From the sequence record SRR20825010_6742: a stretch of DNA of 44,202 nucleotides. The stretch is one strand, 5' to 3'. Shown piece after piece: positions 28,446-37,563 of this stretch. The notes beneath the pieces are model-generated. The model made no database searches, had not been told where the DNA came from, and saw nothing but the letters and a program-made list of their open reading frames with translations. A program made the translations under genes and the position numbers. The first letter of the stretch is position 1; each line of letters starts with the position of its first letter.

Positions 28446-29918
28446 ATGAAGCTCCGCCTCCAAGTCCTGATGTGCGTTTGTTTGATGCAGGGAATCTGCG
28501 TCGCCGCTCCACCTAACTTCGTTGTCATCTTCACCGATGACCAAGGCTACCAGGATGTGGGGTGCTTTGGCTCGCCCGACATCCGGACGCCGCGTTTGGA
28601 TGCGATGGCAAAGCGAGGCATGAAATTCACCAGCTTCTATGCTCAACCGATCTGTGGACCATCGCGAGCCGCTTTGATGACCGGATGCTATCCGATGCGG
28701 GTGGCGGAACGAGGTCACACCAAGCAGATCCATCCGATTCTGCACGAAGACGAAGTCACCATCGCCGAAGTGCTGAAAACAAAGGGCTACGCCTCCGCTT
28801 GCTTTGGCAAATGGGACCTCGCCAAACACGCACAGTCTGGCTTCTTCCCCGACTTGCTGCCAACCGGCCAGGGATTCGACTACTTCTACGGAACGCCCAC
28901 CAGCAACGACCGTGTGGCGAACCTCTATCGCAACGAAGAGCTGATCGAACCAGAATCCGACATGGCCACGTTGACTCGGCGGTACACCGACGAAGCCATC
29001 TCGTTTATCGAAAAGAATCAGAACCAGCCGTTCTTTGTTTACATCCCTCACACGATGCCACACACGCGGCTGGATGCATCCAAAGATTTCAGAGGCAAAA
29101 GCAAGCGTGGCCTGTACGGCGACGTCATCGAAGAAATTGACTTCAACGTTGGCAGGATCCTGGACTCACTCAACGAATTGAATCTCGCTGACAACACCTA
29201 TGTGCTGTTCACCAGCGACAACGGCCCTTGGTTGGTCAAGAACAAAGGTCACGCGGATGGGCATCGTCCAGGTGACCACGGTGGATCCGCTGGTCCACTT
29301 CGAAGCGGCAAGGTATCAACTTTTGAAGGCGGTGTTCGTGTCCCCGCGATTCTTTGGGCACCGGGCAAGGTCCCCGCGGGAACCGTTTGCGATTCCATCG
29401 CGACGACCATGGATGTGATGCCAACTTTGGCCGCTCTCGCCGGTGCCGAAATCCCAACCGACCGAGTGATCGATGGGGAAGACATTCGGCATCTCTTCCA
29501 CGGTGAATTTGCCAAAGCCGATCCTGACAAAGCTTTCTTCTACTACTTGCGAGTCCACCTGCAAGCCGTTCGCCAAGGCAAATGGAAGCTCCACTTGCCT
29601 CGCGAAAAAGAGCCTGTCGGAGCCGCTCCGTTCGGTCGCAATGCCCACATCGCTCCGAAAGATCGAGTAGGCTTCAAGCAACCTTTCTTGGTTGACCTGG
29701 ACAACGATTTGGGCGAAACCACGAACGTGGCAGCAGAGAATCCAGAGGTCGTTGAAAGACTGCTCGGCCTGGCCGAATCAATGCGAGATGACCTGGGCGA
29801 TTACGATCGAGTCGGAGAGAACATGCGGTTCTTCGATCCACTGGACGTTCGCCCGACGAAACCGCCCGTCCCGGCTCCTCCCGCTCGCAAGGGTCAGCCG
29901 TCACATTCGAGCAAATGA
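28446..29918 (+). CDS. Sulfatase (S1, arylsulfatase A-like)
   Basis: PNFVVIFTDDQGY, CGPSRAALMTG, GKW.L, HTMPH, FTSDNGP, FEGGVRVP; start ATG 28446. Confidence 0.95.
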   Translation: MKLRLQVLMCVCLMQGICVAAPPNFVVIFTDDQGYQDVGCFGSPDIRTPRLDAMAKRGMKFTSFYAQPICGPSRAALMTGCYPMRVAERGHTKQIHPILHEDEVTIAEVLKTKGYASACFGKWDLAKHAQSGFFPDLLPTGQGFDYFYGTPTSNDRVANLYRNEELIEPESDMATLTRRYTDEAISFIEKNQNQPFFVYIPHTMPHTRLDASKDFRGKSKRGLYGDVIEEIDFNVGRILDSLNELNLADNTYVLFTSDNGPWLVKNKGHADGHRPGDHGGSAGPLRSGKVSTFEGGVRVPAILWAPGKVPAGTVCDSIATTMDVMPTLAALAGAEIPTDRVIDGEDIRHLFHGEFAKADPDKAFFYYLRVHLQAVRQGKWKLHLPREKEPVGAAPFGRNAHIAPKDRVGFKQPFLVDLDNDLGETTNVAAENPEVVERLLGLAESMRDDLGDYDRVGENMRFFDPLDVRPTKPPVPAPPARKGQPSHSSK

Positions 29919-29970
29919 ATCGCTGACGCTGTCGTTCACACACGCCACATTCCATCCTCACACGCCAAAC

Positions 29971-31380
29971 ATGAAACACTGCATTGATTCGTTGGCTATC
30001 GCCATTGTTGCCGTTGTCTTTCTAGGCAGTTTTACGGAAGCCCACGCTGACGATCGTCCCAATATCATTCTGTTGCTTGCGGATGACCTTGGTTATAGAG
30101 ACCTGTCCTGCTTTGGAAGCCCCGCCGTCAAAACGCCTCACTTGGATCGCCTTGCCAGTGAGGGATTGAAGTGCGATCGCTTTTACGCCGGTTCGGCTGT
30201 TTGTTCTCCGACGCGAGCCTCCGTGTTGACCGGGCGTTATCCCCTTCGGTTTGGAATCACCAAGCACTTCAATGACCGGAACGGTTGGCTGCCCGAATCA
30301 GCGACGACGGTGGCCGAACTTTTGAAAGACGCGGGTTACAACACGGCGCACATCGGCAAGTGGCATTTGGGTGGACTGCATGTGGACGAAACTGGCAAGC
30401 GACTGACCAACCAGCCCGGTCCTCGCCAACACGGGTTCGATTTCTATCAAACGCAGATTGAGCAACAACCGCTTCGCGGCAAAATGGGGCGTGACAAAAC
30501 GCTCTTCCGGAAAGGCGGAACGGTCCTTCTTCGCAACGACCAACGGATCAACGAAGACGATCCGTACTATCCCAAACACTTCACCGATGCCAACGGAGAT
30601 TTCGCGGTCGAGATGATCGAGAAGCTCTCGAACGAAGATGCTCCCTTTTTCATCAACATGTGGTGGCTCGTTCCCCACAAACCTTATGAACCGGCTCCCG
30701 AGCCGCATTGGTCCGACACCACTGCGGCCGGGATCAGCGACGATCAACACCGCTTCCGGTCGATGGTCCAGCACATGGACGCCAAGGTTGGCGAGATCCT
30801 TCAGAAGCTCGATGAACTGAAGATCGCCGACAACACGCTGGTCCTTTTCACCAGCGACAATGGAGCCGCGTTTGAAGGCTTCATTCACGACTTGAAAGGC
30901 GGCAAAACCGACCTGCATGACGGAGGCATTCGCGTGCCGATGATCGTGCGTTGGCCAGCCGCCATTCCACCGGGCCAAACATCGCAGGCATTTGGCCACA
31001 CCAACGATCTGTTGCCCTCCTTCTGCGACGCAGCCGGTGTCGATGTGCCGGGCGCATTGCCCTTGGATGGACTGAGTCTGTTGCCGCATTGGAAGGGAGG
31101 CACCCCGCCGAGCGACGAAGAAAGAGGGACCGTGTTCTGGCAATTGGATCTCTACAAATCGCTTCAGCGTCACACTCCCAAACCCAAGCCATTCGCGACC
31201 GAAGTGGTGAGGCGTGGGAACTGGAAGCTGCTTTCATTCAAAGGCAAACCGGTCGAACTGTTTGACGTGGACACCGACCCCAATGAGAAACACAACGCGC
31301 TCGCCGAGCATCCAGACCTGGTCGCGTCATTGAGTGCAGAGCTGAGCCAATGGCTCAACGAACCACGGACGACCAAGTGA
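29971..31380 (+). CDS. Sulfatase (S1, Cys-type)
   Basis: PNIILLLADDLG, CSPTRASVLTGR, GKWHLG, FTSDNG, GGIRVP; start ATG 29971 with signal peptide. Confidence 0.95.
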   Translation: MKHCIDSLAIAIVAVVFLGSFTEAHADDRPNIILLLADDLGYRDLSCFGSPAVKTPHLDRLASEGLKCDRFYAGSAVCSPTRASVLTGRYPLRFGITKHFNDRNGWLPESATTVAELLKDAGYNTAHIGKWHLGGLHVDETGKRLTNQPGPRQHGFDFYQTQIEQQPLRGKMGRDKTLFRKGGTVLLRNDQRINEDDPYYPKHFTDANGDFAVEMIEKLSNEDAPFFINMWWLVPHKPYEPAPEPHWSDTTAAGISDDQHRFRSMVQHMDAKVGEILQKLDELKIADNTLVLFTSDNGAAFEGFIHDLKGGKTDLHDGGIRVPMIVRWPAAIPPGQTSQAFGHTNDLLPSFCDAAGVDVPGALPLDGLSLLPHWKGGTPPSDEERGTVFWQLDLYKSLQRHTPKPKPFATEVVRRGNWKLLSFKGKPVELFDVDTDPNEKHNALAEHPDLVASLSAELSQWLNEPRTTK

Positions 31381-31424
31381 ACCGGCCGAAGCAACGGCTG
31401 CCCAACCCATCGAGAGAGAGAACG

Positions 31425-32183
31425 ATGATCCTCAGATACCTGCCACTTCGCTCGCTACTCCTTTGCATGTTCGTCTCTGCATCGGTGAACCCGGCGTTCG
31501 CATCGGACAACACGGTTGCATCGACACTTGGTCAGCAACCGCCTGAGGATGCCGTCGTTTTGTTTGACGGCTCGGGGCTGGATGCCTGGAAACCGTTTTC
31601 GTGGCAGTGGATCAATCCCAACGACGACCAGCAAGAAGTGCAATGGAAGATCGTGGACGGCGAGGCGATGGAGATCGCGTTTGAAATCGAAGGCAAACGC
31701 CGAAAGCAGTTTCTTTGCACCAAGCAAACATTTGGCGACTATCAATTACATTTGGAATTTCAACTTCCCGATGGCGATAGCGGCAACAGCGGGATTTTCT
31801 TCGGGCCGATGTACGAACTGCAAATCCTCAACACCGCGGACAAAGATCGTCCTGGACTGGGCGACTGCGGTGCGATCTACCAAATCCGGTCCCCCGACGT
31901 GAACGCAGCACTGGGGCCGGGCCAATGGCAAACGGTGGACCTGGAATATCAAGCGGCCCAGATCGGTAAGAACGGCTTCATGACGGAAAACGGTGCCGCG
32001 CGTGTCACCGTACGACTCAACGGAAAGTTAATACACGACGACTTCAAACTGTCACTGCGTCGCAACAAGTACGCCGCTTTCCCCGAGGAACCGACCACGC
32101 CGATCGTGCTGCAGGAACATGGATCCAAAGTGAAATTCAGAAACATTTGGGTGGTCGAAAAACCGCTCCAAAATGCGAAGTAG
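31425..32183 (+). CDS. DUF1080 (3-keto-disaccharide hydrolase family) protein
   Basis: Signal peptide; PPEDAVVLFDG, FGDYQLHLEF, GNSGIFF..YELQIL, GAIY, PIVLQEHGSKVKFRNIWV. Confidence 0.9.
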   Translation: MILRYLPLRSLLLCMFVSASVNPAFASDNTVASTLGQQPPEDAVVLFDGSGLDAWKPFSWQWINPNDDQQEVQWKIVDGEAMEIAFEIEGKRRKQFLCTKQTFGDYQLHLEFQLPDGDSGNSGIFFGPMYELQILNTADKDRPGLGDCGAIYQIRSPDVNAALGPGQWQTVDLEYQAAQIGKNGFMTENGAARVTVRLNGKLIHDDFKLSLRRNKYAAFPEEPTTPIVLQEHGSKVKFRNIWVVEKPLQNAK

Positions 32184-32353
32184 AAACCATCTGCGGCGGC
32201 GGTGGGCCGAACCGCTCCCCGTATTCAATCCGGGGCTATTTTCTCCGCAGCAAAAATCATTGCGACAATCGGTGTAACAAATCGAATTCGCGAACGCTTT
32301 GTCGGGCAGAGACAAGTTCTTAGCCATGTTCCTGCCAGACAAAGGACCAACCG

Positions 32354-33292
32354 ATGTGCGCTGACGTGAAATCCCGCTACTTTCGAATCGTTGCCGGAAT
32401 GTTGCTTCTCTTGGCGGCCAATGGATCGTCGGACGCGTTTGGCAACAACTATCCCATGCTGAGCGAGGTGTTGCCGACAATGCCGGAAAGGGCGCGAGAT
32501 ATCGACCTCAATGAAAATTGGATGGCCAACACGGTTGTGCTCGTAGGGACGGGTGACGACGACAAAATACGCATCGTGGTTGATGACGAAAGAATTCACT
32601 TCCGCGTCGATGGCCGTTCCGTCGGTCGGATCGACCTGGATGATCTACCCAATCGCCCCCAGGACGAAGACGAGGACTCGCCGTCTGAACTGGAGATCCC
32701 GCTCAATATCATTGTTTCTGGTGGATCCGGCAATGACAACATCTCGCTCGAGGTCGAGGCTTCTGACGATCCCGCAGCCGACATCCGAAATCGAGCAATC
32801 TTCCTGCTCTACGGTGATGAGGGCGACGACACACTGACCAGCGTCAATGCCGATCAAGTGATCTTCGTCGGAGGTTTAGGGACAGATCTGTTGATGGGCG
32901 ATGGAAGAAGCTCCACCTACGCTGGCTGCGACATGCTCTCTACCAATTTTGAGACGTTGGAATTGATCTGCATGCCGGACATGTCGATGGACATCCTCGT
33001 CCCCGGTCATCCCGACAGCACAGCGCTTCGCAACTACTACCAACAATTCGAACCGGTGACCTACGTCAGTCCACGAGTGACGAGCGTTGAACTAACGCCG
33101 AAGAAACTACCGAACGTGCCGGTGATCGCCAGTCGAGAAAAGCAGAACTCGACAATCATAGACCCCACGCCCATCGAGTTTGACTCGATCCTCCTCGATC
33201 AAGATCGCGTCATCAACAAAATTGGATGCATCGTCCAGGATGTCACCTTCACCGATGACGGAATGAACATGGTCTTCTCTGACGTGGAATAG
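32354..33292 (+). CDS. Acidic secreted hypothetical protein with Gly/Asp Ca-binding (RTX-like) turns
   Basis: Signal-like N-terminus; GTGDDD, GGSGND, GDEGDD, GGLGTD motifs; AAAGGA upstream. Confidence 0.65.
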   Translation: MCADVKSRYFRIVAGMLLLLAANGSSDAFGNNYPMLSEVLPTMPERARDIDLNENWMANTVVLVGTGDDDKIRIVVDDERIHFRVDGRSVGRIDLDDLPNRPQDEDEDSPSELEIPLNIIVSGGSGNDNISLEVEASDDPAADIRNRAIFLLYGDEGDDTLTSVNADQVIFVGGLGTDLLMGDGRSSTYAGCDMLSTNFETLELICMPDMSMDILVPGHPDSTALRNYYQQFEPVTYVSPRVTSVELTPKKLPNVPVIASREKQNSTIIDPTPIEFDSILLDQDRVINKIGCIVQDVTFTDDGMNMVFSDVE

Positions 33293-33427
33293 ATCGAGCC
33301 ATCCCGGATCCAAACGCCATGGCTTTCGAATGATTCCGGGCATCCACGACGTGGCGAATGTCCGGCTAACACACTGTGTCTACTTCACCTCACATCAACG
33401 CGATCCAAACAGGTTGAGTGCAAACAA

Positions 33428-33460
33428 GAAACCTCGCCCAAAATGATCAGGCGAGGTTTC
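33428..33460 (-). terminator. Terminator-like hairpin after second DUF1559 gene
   Basis: GAAACCTCGCC-N11-GGCGAGGTTTC followed on the minus strand by TTGTTTG, about 30 nt past the stop at 33491. Confidence 0.7.
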
Positions 33461-33490
33461 AAACCGATTTCACTCAACGTCAACGAGACA

Positions 33491-34732
33491 TCAGAATTCT
33501 TCGCTGACAACTTCTTTTGAATCGCGAGTACCGAGAGATCCCCAAACCCCGTATGGGCTCGGTGATCCAGGCCGCAGCCCAGGCAAGTCGCGACAGACAG
33601 TGTTCTGCTCCAAGTTGCCGGTATCGATGCTCTCGGTGATGAACTTCACCGCACCATCGCCCATCAACACGTGAGCACCGCCTGCGTGGCGACTGCCTGC
33701 CGATGAGATCACACCCGAGTGATTCCCGTCGCCACCGTCGTGCACGCAGTTGGCACTGTTGGGTGCCAAGATGGTGTGGAACGCGGTGTAGTAAGGACGC
33801 GAGTCAGCCCAACGTGCATGCTTGGCTTGCGAAAGGTTATCACTCACGTTCGCGGTCGGGTCATAAAACTGCGGGCGTGACGGATCAATGTGGGCACCCG
33901 TTGCACAACGCGCTGGGATCAAGATCGTTTCGTTTGGCCCCAACATCGTTGTGATGTTGCGAACGAAGTCCGCACTGACCTCTCGTTTGCCACCCGATGT
34001 GACGACTTCACCCGCTGCGATGGTGTTGGACAGTCCATCGAGAACGTCGCGGAACTGGACCTTGTTGCGGTTCCAGAAAAACCCACGCTGGGCAGCACGT
34101 GCACGAGTCACGGCCCAGTCTTCGTCGCGGTTGTTCAGGTTGCCAAAGAAACCAAAGTCATTGACGCCACCGTTGTTGCCTCGGTCGACCGCGTCGCCAA
34201 CAGAGCAGGCGTAGTTCGTACGCGCTAACTGGCCGGGACCGTTCGCTTGTCCGCTGTCACTTGGGCAACGGTAGGCAGGGATTTGAGTGACCCAAGGAAC
34301 ATAGGTCGTCTGCCAGGGACAAGGTCCCATCGCAGGCCATGCGCCATTGACGCTACCGGGCAATGCTTGCCCCGCCGTCACCAACGTGCTCGGGTTTGAA
34401 ATCTGCTCCCACAAACCTTGCTGCTCGATGTAGGGCAAAACCGGAACCAGCCAGCTGAGAAAGAGCCGGTTACTTTGGTTGGTGCCGTCGGTCATGCTGA
34501 TTTCTTGCTTCGTTCCGGTGCCAGACTGTGGCACCTGATTGAACGCGCTGTGGTAGTTGTGAATCGCAAGTCCGATTTGTTTGAAATTATTGCTGCACGA
34601 CATTCGTCGTGCGGCCTCGCGAGCGGCTTGAACGGCTGGCAACAACAGGCCGACGAGAACACCAATGATCGCGATCACAACCAACAGCTCCACCAGAGTG
34701 AAACCTGGTCGCGCACGATGAGTTTTTTGCAT
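33491..34732 (-). CDS. DUF1559 family protein (prepilin-type N-terminus, H-X9-DG motif)
   Basis: GFTLVELLVVIAIIG..AAREAARRMSCSNN, YRCPSD, RDVLDGLSNT, SRHAGGAHVLMGDGAVKF; RBS AGGAG before ATG 34732. Confidence 0.95.
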   Translation of the reverse strand: MQKTHRARPGFTLVELLVVIAIIGVLVGLLLPAVQAAREAARRMSCSNNFKQIGLAIHNYHSAFNQVPQSGTGTKQEISMTDGTNQSNRLFLSWLVPVLPYIEQQGLWEQISNPSTLVTAGQALPGSVNGAWPAMGPCPWQTTYVPWVTQIPAYRCPSDSGQANGPGQLARTNYACSVGDAVDRGNNGGVNDFGFFGNLNNRDEDWAVTRARAAQRGFFWNRNKVQFRDVLDGLSNTIAAGEVVTSGGKREVSADFVRNITTMLGPNETILIPARCATGAHIDPSRPQFYDPTANVSDNLSQAKHARWADSRPYYTAFHTILAPNSANCVHDGGDGNHSGVISSAGSRHAGGAHVLMGDGAVKFITESIDTGNLEQNTVCRDLPGLRPGSPSPYGVWGSLGTRDSKEVVSEEF

Positions 34733-34958
34733 GTAAGACTCTCCTAAGGAAAAAGATGAAAAGGGGGTCAAAAAACGACGCCCAAAATGAAGATTAGCGA
34801 TGGCCAGTCATCTTGAGGAGTAGAAATCTCCAAAGATGATACAAATCGCAAATCGCCCCAAACACCGCTATTTGTTGACCGATCCACTCCGGCTGGCCCG
34901 AACGAGCACGATCCCCAGGCGAGCGAACTACCAAAACCCAAATCGCCGCTCCGCCCTA

Positions 34959-34986
34959 TTAGCAACCACGCGTTAGCGTCCGGTTT
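34959..34986. repeat. Degenerate copy of the TTAGC..GCGTTAGC..CGGTT intergenic repeat
   Basis: TTAGCAACCACGCGTTAGCGTCCGGTTT, similar to 13592-13618. Confidence 0.35.
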
Positions 34987-35074
34987 CCCGCTTACACACT
35001 TCCAACTCGCTCGACCAACAACGCACTGCGTTCACCTTCACACCAGCCCGCCCAAGCGAGTGACCAACAACCAC

Positions 35075-35323
35075 TCAATGCTTGGCCGCGACGGTTGCGT
35101 CGAGGGCAATCTTTGCCATGCAAAGCTGATAGCAACTTTCAAATTCTGAACACTCCCGACAATCATCCCATTGCTTGACATCCGTCTCGATGTTCGGTCT
35201 TGAACGCATCATGCCCGCCGGATTGTCGATGCGAACCGTAAAGACTTTTCCGACACGTTCTCCAACACCGATCTGATCTGGAAACATTTTTCCAAAGCAT
35301 GCTTTGTGATTCATCGCATTCAT
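35075..35323 (-). CDS. Small Cys-rich hypothetical protein (82 aa) coupled to the Acr3 gene
   Basis: ATGA start/stop overlap with the Acr3 gene; [31 protein letters not shown]. Confidence 0.7.
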   Translation of the reverse strand: MNAMNHKACFGKMFPDQIGVGERVGKVFTVRIDNPAGMMRSRPNIETDVKQWDDCRECSEFESCYQLCMAKIALDATVAAKH

Positions 35324-36564
35324 TGGTTTGGCTCCCCATCCGGCGTGACTGGGATTGCTTCGAGCGCGGCACCCGCCTTTTCGGAAACAAACCAACCACG
35401 TGTCTTGAGACAGAACTTGACCAAGGCCAACATCAACGGAACCTCGATCAACACACCCACAACGGTCGCAAGAGCAGCACCCGACGACAATCCGTACAAC
35501 ATGGTTGATGTTGCAATGGCTACCTCAAAGTGATTCGACGCACCGATCATCGCCGTCGGTGCGGCTGATTCGTAGGTGAAGCCCATCGCTTTGCTGATCA
35601 CGTATCCAAGCGCAAAGATGACCAATGTTTGAATCGTCAACGGAATCGCGATCCAAAGAATCGTGAGTGGGTTTTCGACAATCGCCTCGCCTTTGAACGA
35701 AAACAAAAGCACCAACGTTGCCAACAGAGCGGTGATCGTGACGGGTGTCAGGTAATGCAAGAACTTCTCGCGAAACCAAACCTCGCCCTTCGCTGCTATC
35801 ACCCACTTGCGTGACAGATAACCAGCGATCAACGGCAAGGCAACGTAAACACCAATCGATAGAAGCAAGGCTTGCCATGGAACCGGAAGCTGACCAACTC
35901 CAAGCAGCAACCCGCCCAAGACACCGTAAAGAACGAGCATCGTGAGCGAGTTGATCGCAACCATCACGAGCGTGTGTCCATCGTTACCCTTCGCCAAAAA
36001 TCCCCAAACCAAAACCATCGCTGTGCAAGGTGCGATGCCAAGCAAGATGCATCCTGCCAAATAGCTCCGCCAGAGTGGAACCTGCAACACCTTCACGCCA
36101 TCCACCAACACCACCTCACCGGCACCATAAGTTGCTCCCACTTCGAGATTGCTGCCCAAGGGAGCTTTCACATAGTCGACGGCGTCCGGACCAATGAACC
36201 CAAGAAACAATGTTCCCAAGAAAAAGCTGGCAATCGCGTACATCGTGAACGGCTTGATTGCCCAGTTGATCAACAATGTCAAACCGACAGGGCGAATCGA
36301 CTTGCCGGCTTTGACCACTTCGCCGAAGTCGATCTTGACCATGATCGGGTACATCATGAAAAACAGGCATATCGCGATCGGGATCGAAATCACCGGAGCC
36401 TCGTTCACGTAGATCGCCATTCCGTCGAGCGACTTGGCGATACCGGGAGCAACCTTTCCCAACGCGATCCCCGCGACGATGCAAAGCCCCACCCAAACGG
36501 TGAGATAGCGTTCAAAGAAACCAATGCCCTTTTCATCTGAGGGGCAAACTTGTTGTTCGCTCAC
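35320..36564 (-). CDS. arsB: ACR3-family arsenite efflux transporter (Acr3)
   Basis: [41 protein letters not shown] (conserved Cys), [28 protein letters not shown] before GTG 36564. Confidence 0.95.
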   Translation of the reverse strand: MSEQQVCPSDEKGIGFFERYLTVWVGLCIVAGIALGKVAPGIAKSLDGMAIYVNEAPVISIPIAICLFFMMYPIMVKIDFGEVVKAGKSIRPVGLTLLINWAIKPFTMYAIASFFLGTLFLGFIGPDAVDYVKAPLGSNLEVGATYGAGEVVLVDGVKVLQVPLWRSYLAGCILLGIAPCTAMVLVWGFLAKGNDGHTLVMVAINSLTMLVLYGVLGGLLLGVGQLPVPWQALLLSIGVYVALPLIAGYLSRKWVIAAKGEVWFREKFLHYLTPVTITALLATLVLLFSFKGEAIVENPLTILWIAIPLTIQTLVIFALGYVISKAMGFTYESAAPTAMIGASNHFEVAIATSTMLYGLSSGAALATVVGVLIEVPLMLALVKFCLKTRGWFVSEKAGAALEAIPVTPDGEPNQ

Positions 36565-36584
36565 GTTTCGCTCCTTATTCAATT

Positions 36585-36755
36585 TCGTCTATCGGCGATA
36601 AACGTTCATAGAGTGTGAAAAAATGCCTTCGCGGCAATGCGACAAGCGTTGGGTAAACGCTGGCCTCGATCGGTGGGAACGGTGCCAAACCGCGCAAACC
36701 CGAAGTGAGCTCTCTCGTTACCTGGAAACACCATCGTCCATCCACGATAAACGAT
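36585..36755. promoter_or_regulatory. Two 22-bp direct-repeat boxes upstream of the Acr3 gene, candidate ArsR-type operators
   Basis: TCGTCTATCGGCGATAAACGTT (36585-36606) vs TCGTCCATCCACGATAAACGAT (36734-36755), 18/22 identical, each with a TCG-N8-CGA dyad. Confidence 0.5.
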
Positions 36756-37038
36756 ATCGACAGATCTGCATACAGCCGATCAACAAAAACCAATTGGGTC
36801 ATGGAAAACATCGACATCCCCGATTCCAACATCAGCCACCCAATCATCCCAATGGCTGAACGATTTGGGTCTTCAGCGAGATCAGGCAGTTCGTGTCGGC
36901 GAGGAATCACGAGCGAGGTGATTGATCGTCGTTTCAAGGAATCAACTAAAATCGGGCGTTCTCCTGGATTCTTGTTAACGATTCCTGTTCGCGTTCGGCA
37001 TACGGTGAACAGACAGTCGTTCCGCGTCGGCCGTGCAC

Positions 37039-37563
37039 ATGAACGAAGATCAGAAACGGGCAAATTTCACTCGATGCTGGCTTGATGCTGAGCCAGCCGT
37101 TTCGGCGTATGTGTTTGCGTCGATCAGTGGGTTCCATGATGCGGAAGACGTTGTTCAGCGGATCGCTCAGGAACTGGCGCGGCGGTTCGATGAGTATGAC
37201 TCGGGCCGGACCTTCGTCGGATGGGCGCTGTGGATCGCCAAGTCTCGGGTGATTGATTTTTACCGAGTTCAAGGTCGCTCGCGGGTCGTTTTCTCGGACG
37301 AGGTGCTCGGCCAACTTGCGGACACATTCGCTCAGCAGGCGGATGGTCGTAGCCAACGTCGCGAAGCACTGGAGTCCTGTCTGGATGAACTCCCGCCTCG
37401 TTCGCGTCAGCTGCTCGATTTGCGATACGTCGGAGAACGTTCCACCGCCGAGATCGCTCGTGAAATCGGGTCGACCAGCGGCTCGGTTCGAGTCCTGCTC
37501 ACGCGTGTGCGTACGGCACTTGCCAGTTGCATCGAACGACGCACCGCTTTGGAGAATCAGTGA
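37039..37563 (+). CDS. ECF RNA polymerase sigma-70 factor (Rhodopirellula/Verrucomicrobium type)
   Basis: DAEDVVQ..F.EYD..R.F.GWAL.IAK; AL..CLDELP.RSR.LL.LRY....TAEIA..GSVRVLL.RVR. Confidence 0.93.
   Translation: MNEDQKRANFTRCWLDAEPAVSAYVFASISGFHDAEDVVQRIAQELARRFDEYDSGRTFVGWALWIAKSRVIDFYRVQGRSRVVFSDEVLGQLADTFAQQADGRSQRREALESCLDELPPRSRQLLDLRYVGERSTAEIAREIGSTSGSVRVLLTRVRTALASCIERRTALENQ

Noticed and set aside
36575-37063. Possible arsR upstream of acr3
   Set aside because: None of the ORFs here shows a winged-helix ArsR pattern.
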